Source: a virus
Taxonomy: Duplodnaviria > Caudoviricetes
Virus record (IMG/VR): IMGVR_UViG_3300030207_004738
Location: 1 to 51,258 of that record
Length of the DNA: 51,258 nt
Strand: one strand, 5' to 3'
Positions 46,607 to 51,258 of the stretch are shown here, piece by piece. A model generated the notes under the pieces. The model ran no database searches. It was not told the DNA's origin and saw nothing but the letters and a program-made list of their open reading frames with translations. A program made the translations under genes and the position numbers. The stretch's first letter is position 1. Each line of letters begins with the position of its first letter.

Positions 46607-47684
46607 TCATAACCTCCATAATCTTATCAACAGTGTTCGAGTAGGAAAACTTATCTTGAAGGGAAAGCCCCTCCTTATTAACCGGATCAGATTTATATCT
46701 GTCTACTGCTTTTTCGCAGCCATCTATAAACTCATCTTCGTCAAATGTGAAAATTTCTCCTTGGTTGAAAAAGCCTCCCTTTTTGAAGAATATACCATCA
46801 GCGGCATCAGTTTTTCCATTAGGTTCAACCATGACGCTGTTAGAATCGTTAGCCCAGTCTTTGTAGGAAGTTGCATTAAGAATAACTGAATGCTTACCTA
46901 GGCAAACTGATTGAAACTCTGGAAGGCCCCATCCTTCTGCGCCTGACATCCCAAGGATAATATTTCCAGAATTCAAGAAGTCGTTGTACAGGCTATTCTT
47001 TTGCATCATTCCTAGAAAATTGATATTAAAATACTGCTTGCCTTCTAAAATTTGATTCAAACAAGCTTTAAAGTCTTCTTCTTTAAGAAATGGATTTGTT
47101 ATAGCGCATTGAAGAACATAGTCCTTGTTGTTCCCATACTTTTTAACCCAAGCTTGAATAACTTCTTTGTGGTGTTTTCGTTTTTCTAATTTGCCGCAAA
47201 GATTAAAAACTATCTTGCCTTTCAGGTATTCCTGCTCTTTTACATGGAAGTTGTGCTTGTCAAAACCCAAAGGCACATAATGACAATTATCTACACCATA
47301 AGAATTTAAAACATCTTTGGCGTAGTTCGAGCTAACTATTAAATTTTTTTGGTTTTTCGCTATATTTACTTCAAAAGAAGTTGGGTGGTTTAGCTCGTAA
47401 AAAGTAAAAAGCGTTTGTTCTTTGGCAAAAGAAGTAAGGCTATCTTGGTTAAGGTGCCAAAGTTTAAAAATGGGCGTATCTCTACTGTAGGCTTCATAAG
47501 AAGTTTTTATCCTGTCTTGAATCCAAGTATTAAACTCTGCGGTAATTTCCTGAGAGTTAAGATCTACCTGTCCTACTGTAAATAAAGAAGGCAGTACGCC
47601 CCTCTGGTGAAATTCACGCAGAAGGGCAGTACTGACCTGTCCGAAGCTAACCCCGTTAAGAGGTAGATGGAGCGCAAATTCCAT
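46599..47684 (-). CDS. GT4-like glycosyltransferase
   Basis: VPLGFD, GKLEKRK and SGAEGWGLP motifs. Confidence 0.75.
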   Translation of the reverse strand: MEFALHLPLNGVSFGQVSTALLREFHQRGVLPSLFTVGQVDLNSQEITAEFNTWIQDRIKTSYEAYSRDTPIFKLWHLNQDSLTSFAKEQTLFTFYELNHPTSFEVNIAKNQKNLIVSSNYAKDVLNSYGVDNCHYVPLGFDKHNFHVKEQEYLKGKIVFNLCGKLEKRKHHKEVIQAWVKKYGNNKDYVLQCAITNPFLKEEDFKACLNQILEGKQYFNINFLGMMQKNSLYNDFLNSGNIILGMSGAEGWGLPEFQSVCLGKHSVILNATSYKDWANDSNSVMVEPNGKTDAADGIFFKKGGFFNQGEIFTFDEDEFIDGCEKAVDRYKSDPVNKEGLSLQDKFSYSNTVDKIMEVMNA

Positions 47685-47980
47685 TAAAACAGCGCGCCGT
47701 CGTTAGTTGAGGTTGAAGCAGCTGGAGACTCAGACTTCTTCTCCCTCTCCTCTTTGGATTCGCTCAGGTAAATGCGAAGGTCTGGAGCATTTTCACTCTT
47801 GACAGTCCCATCTTCGTTATACTTAGACTTATTCTTAAATACCACAAGCTGTACTTTACCAGCCTGACCTTTAAGTTCAATGTGTCCAGTCATGTATTGA
47901 GAGCCATTGTTGCTCTTCTTTGCCCAAAGAGCGCCAAGTTCGCGCTCTTGCCAGTCGTTTTTCTTCTGTTCGTTCGACAT
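47684..47980 (-). CDS. DUF736-like small protein
   Basis: LGALW...YMTG...VFKN...APDLRIY motif. Confidence 0.6.
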   Translation of the reverse strand: MSNEQKKNDWQERELGALWAKKSNNGSQYMTGHIELKGQAGKVQLVVFKNKSKYNEDGTVKSENAPDLRIYLSESKEEREKKSESPAASTSTNDGALF

Positions 47981-47990
47981 AAGAATCTGT

Positions 47991-48018
47991 AAATTAGTTG
48001 AAAAAAAAGTTTTGTCAA
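47991..48018 (-). promoter_or_regulatory. sigma70-type promoter heading the glycosylation operon
   Basis: TTGACA-16 nt-TAATTT, 10 nt before the ATG at 47980. Confidence 0.55.
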
Positions 48019-48025
48019 CCCTTTT

Positions 48026-48628
48026 TTATATATTATCTAAAAGTTTTTTGCTGTCTATTTTTTTTCTTAAAATTGATATGCCTCTATTGTGGAGGTTTAT
48101 CGCTGTCTGCGTACTGATGTTAAGTTTATTAGCAACAATGCACCAAGAGGGCTTCTTATCCTCCTTTGAGTAACGCATGGAAAAAATTTTCTTTATTCTT
48201 TTATCTTTTAGTTGATTTAGAATATTTTCAATGAATTCAAATAGATTCTCAAAGCAGGTATTATCATCTATCTCTTTGAGGTAATCTAATATTTCATCGC
48301 CCGTTGAGACTAGGCGGTCTTTGCTTTTTTTATTTAAAGTATTCAGGCAGTGGTATTTAGCCTGATTAGCGAGCCAAGTTGAAAATTTTACTTTTTTCGT
48401 AGTATTAAAACTTTTTATGGAATTCCAAATAATTAAGTTTTTTTCGGCCGCTACTTCATTAACGTCAATGTTGTTGGCGCTAAAACTCTTGGAGTATTTT
48501 TTTAAAATTTTAAAATATAAGCCGCTGTGACGGTTGGAAAGTTCGATGAGGCTGTTTTCGCAATTAGACTTTTTAGCTCTTTCTATTAGGTGATCGTCGC
48601 TCAAAAAAGACCATTTGATTGTTTCCAT
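48026..48628 (-). CDS. sigma70-family RNA polymerase sigma factor
   Basis: Region 2 (SIKSFN...KFSTWLANQ) and region 4 HTH (IFSMRY...VANKLNISTQTAINLHNRGISILR). Confidence 0.8.
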   Translation of the reverse strand: METIKWSFLSDDHLIERAKKSNCENSLIELSNRHSGLYFKILKKYSKSFSANNIDVNEVAAEKNLIIWNSIKSFNTTKKVKFSTWLANQAKYHCLNTLNKKSKDRLVSTGDEILDYLKEIDDNTCFENLFEFIENILNQLKDKRIKKIFSMRYSKEDKKPSWCIVANKLNISTQTAINLHNRGISILRKKIDSKKLLDNI

Positions 48629-49032
48629 AAATTTACCTTTTTCCCGAACTGTCCAAAAGTACATACCTTATCTAACTGAAAGTCAATGAGATAGCGGCGA
48701 TGACTTTTAAATAGTCGCGGTAAAATTATAGAGTATTTAGTGAGGTCGTCAAAATTTTTTTCTAAAAAAATATTTGCGTCTTGATAGGGTGGATCTATCA
48801 AGTCGTCAGACTCTGAATAAATCTGAACTAAGTAAGCGAAATAGCTAGAAGGGTCATCAGAAAATATTTTTGAATCAAACTTAGAAATCCTTATTTCATA
48901 AAAGTAAGAAAAATAGGGATTTAATATTTTTGAGAAAGAGTTGCTAGGCTGACTTTTAAGTATAGCGTCAACCCCGCAGCACGCTAAAATAGGCTGGCAT
49001 CTGGTGTTTTCAAGCGATGTTTTCTCCAGCAT
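48601..49032 (-). CDS. hypothetical protein
   Basis: 143 aa ORF filling the gap between kinase and sigma factor; start uncertain. Confidence 0.5.
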   Translation of the reverse strand: MLEKTSLENTRCQPILACCGVDAILKSQPSNSFSKILNPYFSYFYEIRISKFDSKIFSDDPSSYFAYLVQIYSESDDLIDPPYQDANIFLEKNFDDLTKYSIILPRLFKSHRRYLIDFQLDKVCTFGQFGKKVNLWKQSNGLF

Positions 49033-49618
49033 ATATATTTTTTAGCCATTTAAGAAGCTTTTCGCAATTTAATATTTGCTTAGTTGCATCTTTTTCTCGC
49101 GGCCAATTAAGAATAAAGTCAGCCTCTCTCTTGACTAAGGGGTCATTTTTAGCTTCTGCTTGATTAGCTGGCGGCAAAAAAATTCTTTTGTTATTTTCTT
49201 CATGGAATTGAGAAATATGAATCAAAACTGCGTTTATTTCATTTTTCACCCAATAAACTTCATCTTTTTCGTACTCGTTAAACCTGACATCAGTAATAAT
49301 ATTTATTTTTTCGGGCGTTAATTCAGAAGTGACTTGATCTACCCAATGCCTACCGTTTGATAATTTTCTTTTTATTTCGCCATGCGCCACTAAAAACGGT
49401 CTTATTAAGTCTTTTTCTTCTCTAGTACAGTTAAAAGAATCTATTCCATATAAATCTTTCGAAGCAGAGCTTAGCTCTTTCTTTAAGTTGTTTGCAATAG
49501 AAAGCTCCCTATGAGGGAGGTCAAGTCTTTGCAATAACTTACCAATAATACTAGCTACAGTATTTTTTCCGCAACCAGCAACTCCACTTAATCCTATATT
49601 AGTATACTTAAAATCCAT
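49010..49618 (-). CDS. deoxynucleoside monophosphate kinase-like protein
   Basis: GLSGVAGCGKNT P-loop, RPFL, ITDVRFNE and ADF motifs. Confidence 0.8.
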   Translation of the reverse strand: MDFKYTNIGLSGVAGCGKNTVASIIGKLLQRLDLPHRELSIANNLKKELSSASKDLYGIDSFNCTREEKDLIRPFLVAHGEIKRKLSNGRHWVDQVTSELTPEKINIITDVRFNEYEKDEVYWVKNEINAVLIHISQFHEENNKRIFLPPANQAEAKNDPLVKREADFILNWPREKDATKQILNCEKLLKWLKNIYAGENIA

Positions 49619-49669
49619 TTTAATTCATATTATTTAGATTAAATAAATAAAATATAAATAATAAACTTT

Positions 49670-49970
49670 TCCCTAGAAAGTCGAAGTGAAACGGAGACTT
49701 TCCCCGTGAAAGTGGTAGTTCAAAAAAAATGAACTTCAATCCTTCACACCGGCAATCCTTCTTTTCCCTGAGATTACTCCCCGGCTAGCCTTTATGGGGT
49801 ACACGGTAGAACATACCCACTCTATGTGGCCTCACCTTACCTACTCGCCTAATCAAGTGCCGTTGTCACACCGATCAGTCTTCTCCGGGCGCAAGTCTCC
49901 ATAGCGTAGCCGGACGTTGGATTACGGGGCTGCCCACCTTTTAAAGTGCTAGAGCAACAGTAGCACCTCA
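49670..49970 (-). ncRNA. putative ~300 nt structured RNA (unclassified) or transcribed origin region
   Basis: GC-rich, ORF-free; hairpins AGGTGCTA/TAGCACTT, TCCGG/CCGGA, ATCGGTGT/GCACTTGAT, GGGTATG/TGTACCC and GAAAGTC/GACTTTC; promoter upstream. Confidence 0.55.
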
Positions 49971-49973
49971 GAA

Positions 49974-50002
49974 GTTCTATTTGAGGCGGGAGAGTTTGTC
50001 AA
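49974..50002 (-). promoter_or_regulatory. sigma70-type promoter (leftward)
   Basis: TTGACA-17 nt-TAGAAC. Confidence 0.6.
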
Positions 50003-50022
50003 CATTTTTTTTAGATTTATGT

Positions 50023-50051
50023 TTGACTTAAATCCCCAATCAAAATATCCT
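50023..50051 (+). promoter_or_regulatory. sigma70-type promoter (rightward, leaderless)
   Basis: TTGACT-17 nt-TATCCT, 7 nt before the ATG at 50059. Confidence 0.65.
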
Positions 50052-50058
50052 TTTTTTC

Positions 50059-50469
50059 ATGAGGCCTTCATGGGAAGAATATGCTTTAAAAATAGCTTCG
50101 ACAGTAGCGGAAAGGAGCGAAGACATGTACCAGAAAGTTGGCGCATGTGTTTTAAACAATAAAAATATGGTCATAGCCGTCGGCTACAACGGCCTAGCAC
50201 CGGGAAAGAAAGTCGGATATCAGTTTTTAAGAAACAGAAACCACAGGCGCCCTTACATGATTCATGCAGAAGTGAATTGTTTAAGTTTAATAAAAAGGGG
50301 AGAAGGTAAACTTCTCGCCTGTACCCTCCTGCCCTGCTCTTATTGCGCAACAATGATAGCTGCGTACGGTATTGAAAAAGTAGTATATAATCAAATTTAC
50401 AAAATGGACAAAAAAGGCCTTGAGATTTTCGATTTCTACGGCATAGAATGCGTGCGGTATGGAAATTAA
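50059..50469 (+). CDS. dCMP deaminase
   Basis: VGAC, GYNG, HAEVN and PCSYC motifs. Confidence 0.92.
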   Translation: MRPSWEEYALKIASTVAERSEDMYQKVGACVLNNKNMVIAVGYNGLAPGKKVGYQFLRNRNHRRPYMIHAEVNCLSLIKRGEGKLLACTLLPCSYCATMIAAYGIEKVVYNQIYKMDKKGLEIFDFYGIECVRYGN

Positions 50470-50932
50470 ATATTCCAAATTGATAAAAGAAGCTCGTGAA
50501 CCTTTTCAGGCGAACGACTCAGATGCTGGCTATGATTTATTTTCAACAGAATACGCAACCATAGAACCCTTTCAGAGAAGGCTAGTCGGAACAGGCATAA
50601 CCGTAGAGATTCCAAAAGGTTTTTATGGCAGAATAGCTCCTAGGAGCGGCCTTGCCTTTAAAAAGGGTATAGACGTAATGGCTGGTGTAATTGATTCCGG
50701 CTACCGCGGAGAAATAAAAATTTTATTGATAAATTTGAATTTTGAAGGTTATAATTTAAGGCCTAGCACTTTTGAGGCAATGTTTGGCTCAGGCAATAAG
50801 CTAGACATTAAACCCGGTGACAGGATTGCTCAATTAATCATTGAGAAATGCCACCAAGGCCAATGGACAGAAATGACAACCTTAAATAATTCAGAAAGAG
50901 GACAGGGCGGCTTTGGCAGCTCTGGAGAATAA
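50459..50932 (+). CDS. dut: dUTPase (trimeric)
   Basis: AGYDL, PRSGLA, GVIDSGYRGEI, GDRIAQ and RGQGGFGSSG motifs. Confidence 0.95.
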   Translation: MEIKYSKLIKEAREPFQANDSDAGYDLFSTEYATIEPFQRRLVGTGITVEIPKGFYGRIAPRSGLAFKKGIDVMAGVIDSGYRGEIKILLINLNFEGYNLRPSTFEAMFGSGNKLDIKPGDRIAQLIIEKCHQGQWTEMTTLNNSERGQGGFGSSGE

Positions 50933-50934
50933 AC

Positions 50935-51141
50935 ATGAGCGATTCAAATAAAGACATTATGTCTTATAACTCTAAGATGGTGGGCTCAGAAGTTCGCGTA
51001 ATCAAGAACGGCGGATGGAAAGGTAAAGTAGAAAGAGTCATCGATGACGAGTACTTTGAAATTTCGAAAATAGAAAATCCTCTTGAGACAGAAGTTGTGT
51101 CAATGTATGACATCCGCTCCGTCTCATATGAGACTTTCTGA
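50935..51141 (+). CDS. small hypothetical protein (SH3/KOW-like pattern)
   Basis: VGSEVRV...WKGKVERV; 68 aa. Confidence 0.6.
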   Translation: MSDSNKDIMSYNSKMVGSEVRVIKNGGWKGKVERVIDDEYFEISKIENPLETEVVSMYDIRSVSYETF

Positions 51142-51159
51142 CACTGTAGTCATAAAAAA

Positions 51160-51258
51160 TCTAGTTCAATAAAAGAAGGTAGGCCTTCCTTGCTGAGAAC
51201 ATAGATTTCCCAAAAGGCTCACTTTAACCAATAAAATAGGGGGTATTCTCTTCCTCGC
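51160..51258 (+). ncRNA. repeated pseudoknot RNA motif: one full copy (51160-51219) and a second cut by the window edge
   Basis: P1 CTAGTTC/GAAC(A)TAG, TAAAAGAAG, P2 GGCCTT/AAGGCT, CCTTGCTGA, N6 ATTTCC, CAA; the next copy starts ACTTTAACC-AATAAAATAGG. Confidence 0.75.

Noticed and set aside
49670-49970. tmRNA, RNase P RNA or another motif copy
   Set aside because: No tRNA-like ends or tag ORF; GGAAAGTC is present but near the 3' end and without the rest of the RNase P core; the AAAAGAAG...TGA segment lacks N6-CAA and a good P1.
1457-50478. Many 60-120 aa ORFs antisense to, or nested in, recognised genes (e.g. 2411-2734, 13543-13821, 15807-16169, 20167-20502)
   Set aside because: They are shadow ORFs of well-supported genes, with no motifs or initiation signals.
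1-51258. Stop-codon reassignment or giant eukaryotic virus origin
   Set aside because: Conserved genes are full length in the standard code and TAA, TAG and TGA all end genes; sigma70 promoters, DnaB, DnaE, RecA and overlapping operons indicate a bacterial virus.

Overview
This is a 51 kb segment of a large, AT-rich, bacteria-infecting dsDNA phage genome. The evidence is rIIA/rIIB-like genes, a bacterial-type replisome (split DnaE, DnaB, TOPRIM primase, RecA, SSB/SSAP-like proteins), a tubulin/FtsZ-family gene, a sigma factor, nucleotide-metabolism genes, two tRNAs, sigma70-type promoters and a ~16 kb sugar-nucleotide/glycosyltransferase cluster. Almost all genes are on the minus strand up to a divergent switch near 50.0 kb. 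The main unexplained signal is a ~55-70 nt pseudoknot RNA motif that I do not recognise, found 10 times complete plus once truncated at five loci (13.7, 14.5, 15.7, 31.4 and 51.2 kb). It always lies on the transcribed strand at gene 3' ends, usually in tandem, with covarying stems and fixed spacings: P1 - AAAAGA(A)G - P2 - 9 nt usually ending UGA - P1' - N6 - CAA - P2'. Its topology resembles a shortened HDV-like ribozyme. Two copies overlap and follow the 3' end of a solitary TnpB/Cas12f-like gene with a degenerate RuvC triad (D/D/H). Other notable items are an N-myristoyltransferase-like GNAT next to an MG-starting small ORF and a ~300 nt promoter-driven structured RNA at the strand switch. 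All product calls come from motif recognition by eye; no database search or folding program was run.
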